Shown here one piece after another: positions 48,483-58,964 of a DNA stretch of 64,000 nt. The notes below the pieces were generated by a model. That model was not told the origin of the DNA, searched no databases, and worked only from the letters and a program-made list of their open reading frames with translations. The stretch's first letter is position 1, and each line of letters begins with the position of its first letter. A program made the translations under genes and the position numbers. The stretch spans positions 14,391 through 78,390 of the forward strand of contig CAVDFQ010000007.1 of NCBI GenBank assembly GCA_963608065.1, read 5' to 3'. Source of the DNA: a bacterium. GTDB taxonomy: Bacteria > Bacteroidota > Bacteroidia > Bacteroidales > UBA932.

Positions 48483-48493
48483 TCAGAAACGAT

Positions 48494-49438
48494 ATGAAGG
48501 CATTGATTAGAATTTCAGCGGCGGCGGCACTGCTGCTCGCCCTTTGTCAGAGCGTGACGGCTCAGATCGAGCCGTCCGGGACCTATCTGTACGACAGCAG
48601 GGACGGAGAAGATCTGTTCGTGGATGTTTATGAGCCCGCAAGCGGAAGCGTGAGCGAGGGGAAGCCCGCTGTCATTTTTATGTTCGGGGGCGGATTCAAA
48701 AACGGAAGCCGGGCGGACGCATCGTACCTCCCTTGGTTCAAACTGATGAGTGACAATGGATTCCGCGTGTTCAGCATAGATTACAGGCTGGGGCTCAAGG
48801 GAGTAACTAAGGTCGGGATCTCGAATTCTTCCGTGATCTACGATGCCATCCAGCTCGCGGTGGAAGATCTTTTCCGCGCTACGGCTTTCATCGCGGAGAA
48901 CGCCCGGGAGTTCGGCGTGGACCCTTCCCGCATCGTGGTCAGCGGCTCGTCGGCCGGAGCGATCAGTGCCCTCGAGGCCGACTGGGAGTGTGCCAACGAT
49001 GCTCCGCTCACTTCTCTGCTGCCGGAAGGTTTCCGCTATGCCGGCGTGATTTCGTTTTCCGGAGCCGTATTCTCGAAGGAGGGGGCGGTCCGGTATGCGA
49101 AGGCTCCGGCACCTACTATGTTCCTTCACGGAACTTCTGACAGGATAGTGAATTACAAGAATACCGCCTTCCTTAGTATGAGGTTCTCGGGGAGCAGTAT
49201 TCTCGTGAAGGAGTTCGAAAAGCAGGGGTACAACTACAGGATCTACCGTTTCGACGGTAACGGTCACGAGATCGCCGACGCGGACTCGATGGTCGCAAGT
49301 TTCGATGAGCAGATGAGTTTCATCGCCACGAATGTGATGAAGGGGCAGAAGCGCATAGTGGACGCTCTGGTCCGTGACCCTGCTGTCCCTGTCTCCGCCT
49401 CCGCCAAAGACGGCGTGAACAGCATCTACGCGGAATAA
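48494..49438 (+). CDS. Secreted alpha/beta hydrolase (carboxylesterase)
   Basis: Signal peptide, FGGGF, GSSAG, HGTSD and GH motifs. Confidence 0.88.
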   Translation: MKALIRISAAAALLLALCQSVTAQIEPSGTYLYDSRDGEDLFVDVYEPASGSVSEGKPAVIFMFGGGFKNGSRADASYLPWFKLMSDNGFRVFSIDYRLGLKGVTKVGISNSSVIYDAIQLAVEDLFRATAFIAENAREFGVDPSRIVVSGSSAGAISALEADWECANDAPLTSLLPEGFRYAGVISFSGAVFSKEGAVRYAKAPAPTMFLHGTSDRIVNYKNTAFLSMRFSGSSILVKEFEKQGYNYRIYRFDGNGHEIADADSMVASFDEQMSFIATNVMKGQKRIVDALVRDPAVPVSASAKDGVNSIYAE

Positions 49439-49923
49439 GCTTTCAGGTCCCCGGAGCGCCTCCGGCGCGACCTAGGGGGTCCGGGGGATACGTCCCCCGG
49501 TGATAGACAGAGGTATAGCTTTCAGGCCCCCGGAGCGCCTCCGGCGCGACCTAGGGGGTCCGGGGGATACGTCCCCCGGTGATAGACAGAGGTATAGCTT
49601 TCAGGCCCCCGGAGCGCCTCCGGCGCGACCTAGGGGGTCCGGGGGATACGTCCCCCGGTGATAGACAGAGGTATAGCTTTCAGGCCCCCGGAGCGCCTCC
49701 GGCGCGACCTAGGGGGTCCGGGGGATACGTCCCCCGGTGATAGACAGAGGTATAGCTTTCAGGCCCCCGGAGCGCCTCCGGCGCGACCTAGGGGGTCCGG
49801 GGGATACGTCCCCCGGTGATAGACAGAGGTATAGCTTTCAGGCCCCCGGAGCGCCTCCGGCGCGACCTAGGGGGTCCGGGGGATACGTCCCCCGGTGATA
49901 GACAGAGGTATAGCTTTCAGGCC
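49438..49923. repeat. Tandem array of six 79-bp palindrome-rich units plus a partial seventh
   Basis: Units start at 49438, 49517, 49596, 49675, 49754, 49833 and (partial) 49912. They are identical except for one C/T in copy 1. Confidence 0.97.
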
Positions 49924-51170
49924 TTCCTGAAAGCTATACAGGCATTATGCCCCCCGAAACCGAACGAATCGGACACGCCCAGAGTGAGATCCACCTTGCG
50001 GGCGACATTTGGAGTATAGTCCAGATCGCACTCCGGATCAGGATTATCCAGATTGATGGTCGGAGGAACCAGACCGTTCTTCAGAGCCAGCACCGTGGCG
50101 ATGGCCTCGGCCGCTCCGGTAGCCCCGAACATATGCCCGTGCATAGACTTCGTGGAAGAAATATGACACTTGTAGGCGAAATCCCCGAAAGCCAGCTTGA
50201 AAGCCTTGGTCTCGGTCACATCGTTCAGCTTGGTGCCCGTACCGTGGGCGTTCACATAGACGGTGTCCTTCGCCGCATCGAAACCGGCCTCATCGAGAGC
50301 CTGCCTGATGCATCTGGACTGGGTCACCCCGTCCGGACGCGGAGCCGTGGAGTGATACGCATCGCAGGTACAGCCGTATCCCACCATCTCGGCATAGATC
50401 TTCGCACCTCTGGCGCGGGCGTGCTCATACTCTTCCAGCACCAGCACCGCCGCCCCGTCGCCCATCACGAACCCCGCACGGTCAGCATTGAAAGGCAGAC
50501 AGGCGTGCTTGGGATCAGTCTCTCTGGTCAGAGCCTTGGCATTTGCGAACCCGGCTATGCCTATAGGAAGCATACTGTGGTCTGAGCCTCCGGAGATGAT
50601 GGCGTCGGCGAAACCGAACTTTATGGCCCGGTAAGCCTCGCCCAGAGAATTAGTCGAAGTGGTGCAGGCCGTAACGATATTCACGCAGGGACCCTCGGCG
50701 TGATGGCGGATGGCTATGTGCCCGCCTGCGATATTCGAGATCATAGTCGGGACGAAAAGAGGCGAAACCCACTGTCCCGTAGGGTCTTCCTTCATCCTCT
50801 CCACCTCACGGGAGATGGTCGCGAAGCCGCCTATCCCGGAACCCACATAGACTCCGAGTCTCTGAGGGTCGATATTTCCGCCCTCCTCCACGGGAGCGGA
50901 GACCAGACCCGAATCCGCCACGGCCTGATTTGCAGCGGCCATAGCGTAAATCGAAAACATATCCTGTTTTCTGATGAAAGGCTTGTCTATTCCGTAATCT
51001 TCAGGATGGAAATTCTTAATGGCTCCGCCGATTTTTACCGGCAACTCGGAATCGGGATATACGGTGTCTATTCCGCAGACACCCTCTTTCAGGCTGTTCC
51101 AGAAACTTTCCACATCGTTTCCCACACAGGAAATCACTCCCAGCCCGGTCACTGCAACTCTTCTGTTCAC
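49917..51170 (-). CDS. fabF: Beta-ketoacyl-ACP synthase II
   Basis: VTACTT, NAHGTGT, STKSMHGH and SFGFGGHN motifs. GTG start. Confidence 0.9.
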   Translation of the reverse strand: MNRRVAVTGLGVISCVGNDVESFWNSLKEGVCGIDTVYPDSELPVKIGGAIKNFHPEDYGIDKPFIRKQDMFSIYAMAAANQAVADSGLVSAPVEEGGNIDPQRLGVYVGSGIGGFATISREVERMKEDPTGQWVSPLFVPTMISNIAGGHIAIRHHAEGPCVNIVTACTTSTNSLGEAYRAIKFGFADAIISGGSDHSMLPIGIAGFANAKALTRETDPKHACLPFNADRAGFVMGDGAAVLVLEEYEHARARGAKIYAEMVGYGCTCDAYHSTAPRPDGVTQSRCIRQALDEAGFDAAKDTVYVNAHGTGTKLNDVTETKAFKLAFGDFAYKCHISSTKSMHGHMFGATGAAEAIATVLALKNGLVPPTINLDNPDPECDLDYTPNVARKVDLTLGVSDSFGFGGHNACIAFRKA

Positions 51171-51237
51171 AATAATTCAGTCTTTGGTACGGCTGCAAAT
51201 ATACGTATTTTTCGATATTATCATTATATTTGCGTTG

Positions 51238-52137
51238 ATGTTCGCCCTGAATGACAAAGTGCCCGCCTACCTGCTCGGGAAAGTCGAAATCACGATGACA
51301 GTGGTATTTACCGCGCTGTTCTCCGTGGTTCTGCTTCTCATCAGCGTACCGTTCTCGCATAACGTGTGGTTCCAGCTCGCCGACAGCGAAGCCTTCGGAT
51401 TCACCGTGCTCTTCTTCTTCATCGCCCTTCTGGTCGTCTGCCTGAGCAAGCGGCTTCTCTACGGAGTGGGCCGCAGCGGAGCCGCCATAACCTATCTCCA
51501 CTATATCCTGTGGAATATCGGCGAGATCGCCCTGGTCTGCCTGCTCTACACAATGTTCACAGTAGAAGGCGACCGCTTCGGCATCCTCGACCTGCAGGAG
51601 CAGACCTTCGAAGTGATCTTCCTCAGCTCGCTCGTCTACTGCCTTATGTCGATGGCAGTCCCTTACACGCTCTCCGCGATGTACTTCGCCCTGAACGACA
51701 GGGACAACACCATCCGCCTGATGAATTACGGCAACGTAGTCACCGACGAAGTCATCCAGCCCCGCGAAGAGAGAAAAATCACCCTCTTCGACAACAGCGG
51801 CAACCTCAAGCTCTCGCTGAACCTCTCGAGCCTTCTGTACATCGAGTCCGACGACAACTATATAAAGGTATGGTACGTGGACAGCCACTCCACGCTGAAG
51901 CAGTATATGCTCCGCTGCAAGCTGAAGACCATCGAGGAAAGCTTCGCCGGCAGCCCCCTCATCCGCTGCCACCGGAAATACATCGTGAATATGGAGAGGG
52001 TCATCACCCTGAAAAAGGAAAAGGACGGCTACGAAGTCGAGCTTGACAACGACACTATCCAGCAGATTCCCGTGACCAAGACCTACGAGGAGAACGTGCT
52101 CGCCTACTTCAACTCTTCCGCCAGAAACATCAATTGA
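51238..52137 (+). CDS. Membrane-anchored LytTR-family regulator
   Basis: Start reassigned to MFALNDK. 4 TM segments, then LYIESDDNY, RCHRKYIVN and IPVTKTY. Confidence 0.88.
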   Translation: MFALNDKVPAYLLGKVEITMTVVFTALFSVVLLLISVPFSHNVWFQLADSEAFGFTVLFFFIALLVVCLSKRLLYGVGRSGAAITYLHYILWNIGEIALVCLLYTMFTVEGDRFGILDLQEQTFEVIFLSSLVYCLMSMAVPYTLSAMYFALNDRDNTIRLMNYGNVVTDEVIQPREERKITLFDNSGNLKLSLNLSSLLYIESDDNYIKVWYVDSHSTLKQYMLRCKLKTIEESFAGSPLIRCHRKYIVNMERVITLKKEKDGYEVELDNDTIQQIPVTKTYEENVLAYFNSSARNIN

Positions 52138-52206
52138 GCGGCCGCTTTCAGCGTCCAGTCCCGCCCTCCTCCTTCTTCTTCGTCGTCGCCGCCGCCGAGC
52201 GGAGCA

Positions 52207-52644
52207 TCACTTCTTCCTGTGCTTGCGGCTGCTGCGCAGACGGTTCACGCTGTCCGCGACTAAGATGTCAGCCGCTATGCCCCTGATGGCCATTATGTCT
52301 AGAATCAGGGCTATGAAGGGGAAGACCGCACTGATGCGGAAGTTCACTACGCTGTGGGTGGAGACGAAATCCACCGCAAGCCAGATCTGCAGAGCGAGCG
52401 TGACGATGGCTGCAAGAACCGTGGTGCGCATCTGGAACACTCTGAACTTAAATGCATTGAGCGCGATGAGATTAAAGGCGCTGATAACGATGAGCAGTAT
52501 CAGATACGGAAGGTAGGCCGTGTATCGCAGTTCCTGCGGCGAGTTCCCTTCCGAAGCGGGGATGACCGCCTTCACGCTGAAAAACATCACCGCGATGAGA
52601 ACCGTCGCGATAGCTATGTAAAGTGTCTGTGCTCTCTGCCACAT
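52207..52644 (-). CDS. DUF4293-family membrane protein
   Basis: MWQRAQTLY, FKFRVFQ and AIRGIAADILVADSVNRLR motifs. Confidence 0.8.
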   Translation of the reverse strand: MWQRAQTLYIAIATVLIAVMFFSVKAVIPASEGNSPQELRYTAYLPYLILLIVISAFNLIALNAFKFRVFQMRTTVLAAIVTLALQIWLAVDFVSTHSVVNFRISAVFPFIALILDIMAIRGIAADILVADSVNRLRSSRKHRKK

Positions 52645-52762
52645 AATCAAGTATCATTATGGAAGTGCCCGGCAAGAGCGCACCTCCCGGTTTGCAGGGA
52701 CAAAAATAGGAAATTCCACATAAAAAAACTACATTTGGACCTTCACTCAAAAGAAACAGAAT

Positions 52763-53635
52763 ATGAGAATAGCAGAATCGGAACTTATAATCAACTCGGA
52801 CGGATCGGCATTCCACATCCATCTGCGTCCGGAAGAATTCGCTGACAAAGTCATCCTCGTCGGGGACCCCGGCAGAGTGGATATGGTGGGAGAATTCCTC
52901 ACTGACAAGGAATTCCGCAAAGCCTCGCGCGAGTTCGTCTCCATCACAGGAAAATATCACGGACAGAGGATCACGGTACTCTCGACGGGCATCGGCACGG
53001 ACAACATCGACATAGTGATGACGGAGCTGGACGCCCTCGCGAACATCGACTTCACCACCAGGACACTCAAGCCGGAGCACCGCACCCTCACGGTGCTGCG
53101 CATCGGAAGCTGCGGAGCCCTGCAGCCGGACATCCCTCTCGGCTCATTTGTCTTCTCTCACATCTCGGTGGGCTGCGACGGCCTTCTGAACTGGTATGCT
53201 GACAGGGACAAGATCGCTCTGCCGGACTTCGAGGAGGCTTTCAAGAAAGCCGTGCATTGGGACAGGCATCTGCCTGACCCTTATTTCGTGAGGGCGGACG
53301 AGGATCTCATCAGGCGCTTCGAGGACTGCACGATAAAGGGTATGACCATTTCAGCCCCGGGCTTCTACGGCCCTCAGGGCCGCGTAGTGCGCAACTCTCT
53401 GGCTATGCCGAATATGATAGAGGATTTCGAGCACTTCAGCTGGAAGGGCTACCGCATCACCAATTTCGAGATGGAAGGCTCCGCTCTCGCGGGTCTGAGC
53501 GCCCATCTGGGCCACAAGGCGGGCACGGTGTGCTGCGTGATAGCGAACCGCTATCTCAAGGCGGCCAACCCAGACTACAAGCCTGCAATCCGCAAGCTCG
53601 TGGAACTCTCTCTGAACAAGATCACTGAGGATTAG
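52763..53635 (+). CDS. udp: Uridine/nucleoside phosphorylase
   Basis: [29 protein letters not shown] and NFEME motifs. Confidence 0.9.
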   Translation: MRIAESELIINSDGSAFHIHLRPEEFADKVILVGDPGRVDMVGEFLTDKEFRKASREFVSITGKYHGQRITVLSTGIGTDNIDIVMTELDALANIDFTTRTLKPEHRTLTVLRIGSCGALQPDIPLGSFVFSHISVGCDGLLNWYADRDKIALPDFEEAFKKAVHWDRHLPDPYFVRADEDLIRRFEDCTIKGMTISAPGFYGPQGRVVRNSLAMPNMIEDFEHFSWKGYRITNFEMEGSALAGLSAHLGHKAGTVCCVIANRYLKAANPDYKPAIRKLVELSLNKITED

Positions 53636-54720
53636 TCCCCGGCTTCCTTCAGGCGCTCGGCGTTCTCGGCCACCTGAAGATTATCGATGCATTCCTGGAT
53701 ATCCCCGTCCATAAAGGCGGGGAGATTGTACATCGACCAGTTTATGCGGTGGTCAGTGACACGCCCCTGCGGGTAATTGTACGTCCGGATCTTCGCGGAA
53801 CGGTCACCTGTGGAGACCATAGTCTTGCGCTTCGCGGCGATGCCGTCCAGATACTTCTGATGCTCAAGATTGTACAGACGGGTCCTGAGTTCCTCCATAG
53901 CGCGGTCGAGATTCTTCAGCTGGGAGCGTTCCTCCTGGCACTGTACCACTATGCCGGAAGGGATGTGGGTGAGACGCACGGCCGAATAGGTCGTGTTCAC
54001 GCCCTGACCGCCCGGACCGGATGAGCAGAAGAGGTCCTTGCGGATATCCGCCGGGTCCAGCTCGATGTCGAACTCTCCTGCCTCAGGAAAGATGGCCACT
54101 GAGGCCGCCGAGGTCTGGATTCTGCCCTGAGTCTCCGTCTGAGGGACTCTCTGCACGCGGTGCACGCCCGACTCGTATTTCATCACACCGTACACTCCGT
54201 CACTGCCGGAGAGCTTGAAAACCACCTGTTTGTATCCCCCGGACGTGCCAGGAGTCTGCTCGCTTATCTCAAGCTTCCAGCCGCGCTTCTCCGCGAACTT
54301 GGAATACATACGGAAAAGGTCTCCGGCGAAAATGGCAGCCTCGTCCCCTCCGGTGCCTCCCCGGATCTCGACCATAGCATTTTTCGAATCATCGGGGTCG
54401 GCAGGAATGAGAAGCAGCTTTATCTTCTGCTCCATCTCGGGAATCCCGGGCTCCAGACTGTTCATCTCCTCGCGGGCCATCTCGCGCAGTTCCTCATCCT
54501 TCTCGTTCATAAGGATGTCCTTCGCCGCTGCGATCTCGTCCAGCATCCTGCTGTACTCCAGACCGGCCTCTATGATGGGCTGAAGCTCCTTGTAGTCCTT
54601 GTTCAGCTGCACATATCTCTTCATATCCGACATCACGTCGGGTCTCGAAAGCTGATCCTGAAGGGATCTGTACTTGTCCTGAAGCGACAGGACCTTCTCA
54701 AGCAATGTATTGTCTGCCAT
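53632..54720 (-). CDS. prfA: Peptide chain release factor 1
   Basis: [12 protein letters not shown] (PxT), GGQ and [16 protein letters not shown] motifs. Confidence 0.97.
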   Translation of the reverse strand: MADNTLLEKVLSLQDKYRSLQDQLSRPDVMSDMKRYVQLNKDYKELQPIIEAGLEYSRMLDEIAAAKDILMNEKDEELREMAREEMNSLEPGIPEMEQKIKLLLIPADPDDSKNAMVEIRGGTGGDEAAIFAGDLFRMYSKFAEKRGWKLEISEQTPGTSGGYKQVVFKLSGSDGVYGVMKYESGVHRVQRVPQTETQGRIQTSAASVAIFPEAGEFDIELDPADIRKDLFCSSGPGGQGVNTTYSAVRLTHIPSGIVVQCQEERSQLKNLDRAMEELRTRLYNLEHQKYLDGIAAKRKTMVSTGDRSAKIRTYNYPQGRVTDHRINWSMYNLPAFMDGDIQECIDNLQVAENAERLKEAGD

Positions 54721-54736
54721 ATACGCTGTGTGATAT

Positions 54737-55885
54737 CTAATCTATGTCCTTAATGTAGCAGCGGCGTCTCATATACAGCTCGTGCTCGTAGCTGCCCCAG
54801 ATGTTCACCGCGCTGTTCGTCTCTATCTGGGGATTCGTGACGGCCCAGTGGTTGCCTATCTTTTTCGCCCTCTCGCTCATCTCCTTGTAGTACACGGCCG
54901 AGATGCCCTTGTTCTGCCACTCCGGGGTGGCCCCGTTGAGCATAAGGTCGGTGTACTCGTAGTCATTCATAGCTCTGAGCAGATGAATCCATCCGAAAGG
55001 GAAAAGATGCCCCTTCGCCTTCTGCAGAGCCCTGGAAATGCTCGGGAAAGAAATCCCGAAAGCCACCAGATTGTCTCTCTCGTCCAGAAGAATGGTGCTC
55101 GCCTTGTCCGAGATGAACGGGATGCAGGATTTGGCCTCCTCCTTGATTTCATCTTCCGTGAACGGGATGAAGTTATAGACAGCCGAGGCGAAGCTGTCGT
55201 TGTATATCTTGAAGAACTCCCGCACCTTGCTGCGGTCCTTCTTCATCTCGTCGATGCTGCCGAAATGGATATTGTACCTTTCCTTCACTATCTTGGCCAC
55301 CCTTTCCGCCTTCTCGGGGACGCCGTGGTCCGCAGGAATCCGGTACTGGACCCAGTCGCACTCCTTGGTAAAGCCCAGGGAGGTAACCAAGTCATTGTAA
55401 TAAGGATAGTTATAGATGCAGTTGAACGGCGGGATGTTCTCGAAACCCTCCAGCAGCATACCCTGCTTGCCGAGAGTGTTGTAGTAAAGCGGCCCGTGAA
55501 TCTGAGTCATCCCCTCCTGCCTGCCCCAGGCTTCGGCCGTAGAAAGAAGCATACGGGCGACCTCGATGTCGTTTATGCAGTCGAACCAGCCGAAACGGAT
55601 GCATTTCTTCGAGTACAGCTCGTTGTAGCGGGGGTTTATCATAGCGCAGATCCTTCCGACGACCTTCTTCCCGTCCCAGACCAGCCACATCCTGCGCCTG
55701 CAATACTTCAGAGTGGACACTTTCGTGAGCGAATGGCGCTGGTCGGAATGCAGCGCGGGCACATACTGCGGACAATCCCGGTAAAGCTCGTCCGGAAACT
55801 TGATGAAATCCCGCAAATCCCTGCGGCTTTTCACTTCCGATATGATAAATTTCTGCATCTGGTCTGGTTTTGGTACTTCGTACAT
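54737..55885 (-). CDS. YghO-like GNAT-fold protein
   Basis: [33 protein letters not shown] and WQNKG motifs. The start may be 55858. Confidence 0.75.
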   Translation of the reverse strand: MYEVPKPDQMQKFIISEVKSRRDLRDFIKFPDELYRDCPQYVPALHSDQRHSLTKVSTLKYCRRRMWLVWDGKKVVGRICAMINPRYNELYSKKCIRFGWFDCINDIEVARMLLSTAEAWGRQEGMTQIHGPLYYNTLGKQGMLLEGFENIPPFNCIYNYPYYNDLVTSLGFTKECDWVQYRIPADHGVPEKAERVAKIVKERYNIHFGSIDEMKKDRSKVREFFKIYNDSFASAVYNFIPFTEDEIKEEAKSCIPFISDKASTILLDERDNLVAFGISFPSISRALQKAKGHLFPFGWIHLLRAMNDYEYTDLMLNGATPEWQNKGISAVYYKEMSERAKKIGNHWAVTNPQIETNSAVNIWGSYEHELYMRRRCYIKDID

Positions 55886-56015
55886 CCGTAAAACTTGCAA
55901 ATTTAACAAGGATTGAGCAATAACGCGGCAATTTCTCCCCTCTTTTTCATTCCGGCAGTGCGAAAAAAAGTCCCGAAGCCGCCGAAGGAGCTTTCCGCGA
56001 GAGGGACAGGCAAGA

Positions 56016-56732
56016 CTACACTCCCGCGAGGTCCCTTATCACCACCTGCGCGCATACGCAGCCGAAAACCGCCGGCAGATAGGAGATGCTCCCGACCTGA
56101 GACTTCTTGTTCCTGCTCTCCTCGAGCACTACCGAAGAGCGCCTCGGAGGCTCCACGGAATACACGGCGGTGAAGCCCTCGCTGATGCCCAGATGATGCA
56201 GACGCTTGCGTAGCATATGCGCAAGCGGACACATCCTGGTGCGCGAGATGTCGTCTGCGCGAACCGCTGTCGCGTCAAGTTTCGCCCCGCTGCCCATCGA
56301 GCTCACAAGGCGCAGCCCGTGCGCAAGGCAATACTGTATGAGAGCAATCTTCGGACTGAGCGTGTCTATCGCGTCCACGACATAGTCCGGACTTCGTCCA
56401 ATCCCGGAAAACACCTCGTCCAGAGTATCCTCGTGTACATATTTCTCCACTACCCGGATCTGTGCCTCGGGATTTATGTCCAGAAGCCGCTCCCGCAGGG
56501 CATCGGATTTCGCAGAGCCGAGAGTGGAGTGCAGGGCTATGATCTGGCGGTTCAGATTAGTCTCCCCCACCGTGTCGCAGTCCACCAGAGTGAGCTGGCC
56601 CACGCCGGCGCGCACAAGCATCTCGCAGGCGAAGCCCCCTACACCACCCAGCCCGACGACGACGACATTGGACGCCGAGAGGCGGCCGAGAGAATCTTCT
56701 CCGAGAAGCAGGCGGGTGCGCTCAGTCCACAT
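56016..56732 (-). CDS. tcdA: tRNA threonylcarbamoyladenosine dehydratase (ThiF family)
   Basis: GLGGVG, TNLNRQ, DAID, SSMGSG, CPLA and GSISYLPAVFG motifs. Confidence 0.9.
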   Translation of the reverse strand: MWTERTRLLLGEDSLGRLSASNVVVVGLGGVGGFACEMLVRAGVGQLTLVDCDTVGETNLNRQIIALHSTLGSAKSDALRERLLDINPEAQIRVVEKYVHEDTLDEVFSGIGRSPDYVVDAIDTLSPKIALIQYCLAHGLRLVSSMGSGAKLDATAVRADDISRTRMCPLAHMLRKRLHHLGISEGFTAVYSVEPPRRSSVVLEESRNKKSQVGSISYLPAVFGCVCAQVVIRDLAGV

Positions 56733-56737
56733 CCGCT

Positions 56738-58051
56738 CTATACGCTGAAGTTGTGGTAGTGAGGGCCGAAACGCTCGAAGGCCGCGCGGTCGAGCATCTC
56801 CCTGTCGTCAGGATGGGCTATGCCGATAAGGAGTTTCGCCCTCTCCTGCAGGGACTTGCCGTAGAGGTCCACGGCGCCGTATTCGGTGACGATCCAGTGG
56901 GCGTCGGCGCGCGGGGTGACGACTCCGGCTCCGGGGTTGAGCGTAGGGACTATCTTATTCTTGCCCTTGTTTGTGCGTGAGGCGAAGGCGGTTATGGACT
57001 TGCCGCCCTCGGACATGGACGCTCCCCTGACGAATTCGAGCTGCCCGCCGGTGCCGGAGAAGATGCGCGTGCCGATGGAGTCGGCGCTGATCTGTCCGGT
57101 GAGGTCCACCTCGGTGGCGGAGTTGATGGCCTTCATATGGGGATTCTGTGCTATCACCCAAGGGTCGTTCGTGTACTTTATGTCACGCATAAGCACCTGA
57201 GGGTTGTCGTCGATGAAAGAATAGACCTCCTGGCTGCCGAGCAGGAAAGAGGCCACGACGCAGCCGCGGTCGATCTTTTTGTGCGCGCCGTTTATGACTC
57301 CCTTCTTGATGAGGCCGAGCAGGCCGTCGGCGAACATTTCCGTGTGCAGACCGAGGTTCTTATGTCCTCCGAGCTGGGCTGCGAGAGCGTTCGGTAGCGC
57401 CCCGATGCCCATCTGGATGCAGTCTCCGTCCTCCACAAGCGCCGCACAGTTCTTGCCGATGAGCACTTCCGTATCGGTCGGCCGGGCAAACTCCTTGGTG
57501 ACGAGCGGAGTGTCGTCCTCGACGAGATAGTCGAAGCTGCCGATGTGGATGAGGTCGCCGTGCGCGTACGGGACATTGCGGTTCACGACCGCTATACGCA
57601 GCTGTGCGCTCTCGATGGCCGCGATGGAGCAGTCGACGGAGGTGCCGAGCGACACGTAGCCGTTCTCGTCAGGAAGAGAAACCTGCACGAGGGCCGCTCC
57701 GAGACGGATGGCTCCGCTGCGGTAGAGTTTCTGGCTCTCTCCGAGGTGCACGGGCAGGTAGTCGGCATAGCCGGAGTTTACATTGGGGCGGACATTCGGG
57801 CCTATGAAGAAGCCTTGCTCGAAGAAGATGCCTTCGTAGCGGGGCTCGCTGTACGGGGCGGGGCCTTCTGTATGGAAATGGTGGAAACGCAGGTCCTCCA
57901 CTTCGCCGGCGTCGGCGCGGCGGCAGAGCGCATTGATGAGGGCGTGAGGGACGCTGGCCACACTGCTTAAATGGATGTGGCTGTGCGAGCTGATGTGGCT
58001 TACGGCTTCGTCTGCGGATACGAACGGGAGTGGGTTAGGATATGGTTTCAT
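56738..58051 (-). CDS. Acetyl-CoA hydrolase/transferase (4-hydroxybutyrate CoA-transferase-like)
   Basis: QMGIG, HTEM, INSATEVDLTGQ, SGTGGQ and VTEYG motifs. Confidence 0.9.
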   Translation of the reverse strand: MKPYPNPLPFVSADEAVSHISSHSHIHLSSVASVPHALINALCRRADAGEVEDLRFHHFHTEGPAPYSEPRYEGIFFEQGFFIGPNVRPNVNSGYADYLPVHLGESQKLYRSGAIRLGAALVQVSLPDENGYVSLGTSVDCSIAAIESAQLRIAVVNRNVPYAHGDLIHIGSFDYLVEDDTPLVTKEFARPTDTEVLIGKNCAALVEDGDCIQMGIGALPNALAAQLGGHKNLGLHTEMFADGLLGLIKKGVINGAHKKIDRGCVVASFLLGSQEVYSFIDDNPQVLMRDIKYTNDPWVIAQNPHMKAINSATEVDLTGQISADSIGTRIFSGTGGQLEFVRGASMSEGGKSITAFASRTNKGKNKIVPTLNPGAGVVTPRADAHWIVTEYGAVDLYGKSLQERAKLLIGIAHPDDREMLDRAAFERFGPHYHNFSV

Positions 58052-58163
58052 CGTCATTAATATTTCAAACTCGCGCAAAGATACTTCATTTTTTTTCTAA
58101 TTTTGCAAGCGCTCTCGCGATGAAGGGAGCGTTATAGAGAAAAGTATTAATTATCAGCATATT

Positions 58164-58955
58164 ATGAATACCCGAGAAGAGAAGTTGGCTCAGTTTTCGA
58201 GACTGCTCGACATTATGGACAGCCTCAGGGAGAAGTGCCCGTGGAACGCGGAACAGACTATGGAGTCCATCCGGGCTCTGACGGAGGAAGAGGTGTATGA
58301 ACTGAGCGACGCGATTCTGAAAGGAGACTCCGGCGAAGTATCGAAGGAGATCGGAGACCTGTTCTACCATCTGGTGTTCTATTCGAAGATCGGCGAGGAG
58401 AAAGGGGAGTTCGACGTGGCGGACTGTATCCGCAAGGTCTGTGACAAGATGGTGTTCCGCCATCCGCACGTATTCGGGGCCGAGGAAGGAAAGGTTATGA
58501 GCGCCAAGGAGATAGCCGATACCTGGGAGCTGGTGAAAGCCAGAGAGAAGAACGGGAACAAGACCGTGATGTCGGGAATTCCGTCCTCGATGCCGGCCCT
58601 GCTGAAGGCTATGTCGATGCAGGAGAAGGCCCGGGGCTGCGGCTTCGACTGGCAGCGGAAGGAAGATGTGTGGGACAAGGTCAAGGAGGAACTCGGAGAG
58701 GCGATGGAGGCGGCCGCCGGGGACTCGCAGCAGCACGCTCAGGAGGAATTCGGGGACCTGCTTTTCGCTGTCATCAACGCCGTGCGTCTCTACGGATTCG
58801 ACCCGGAAGCCGCGCTCGGAGGGGCGTGCGAAAAGTTTCGCCGCCGCTTCACCTATCTGGAGGAGAACACTATGAAGAAGGGGCGCAAGCTGACGGATAT
58901 GACTCTCGGGGAGATGGACGCCATCTGGGACGAGGGCAAGGCGAAGGGACTGTAG
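58164..58955 (+). CDS. mazG: Nucleoside triphosphate pyrophosphohydrolase MazG
   Basis: LREKCPW, EEVYEL, EIGD, RHPHVF and EEFGDLLF motifs. Confidence 0.95.
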   Translation: MNTREEKLAQFSRLLDIMDSLREKCPWNAEQTMESIRALTEEEVYELSDAILKGDSGEVSKEIGDLFYHLVFYSKIGEEKGEFDVADCIRKVCDKMVFRHPHVFGAEEGKVMSAKEIADTWELVKAREKNGNKTVMSGIPSSMPALLKAMSMQEKARGCGFDWQRKEDVWDKVKEELGEAMEAAAGDSQQHAQEEFGDLLFAVINAVRLYGFDPEAALGGACEKFRRRFTYLEENTMKKGRKLTDMTLGEMDAIWDEGKAKGL

Positions 58956-58964
58956 CCTCGGTGA

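Noticed and set aside
49438..49923. CRISPR array
   Set aside because: The units are identical end to end with no variable spacers, and there are no cas genes in the window.
52138..52206. Run of shifting trinucleotides (CCT/TCT/TCG/CCG) between convergent genes
   Set aside because: Low-complexity sequence with no clear structure or repeat unit.
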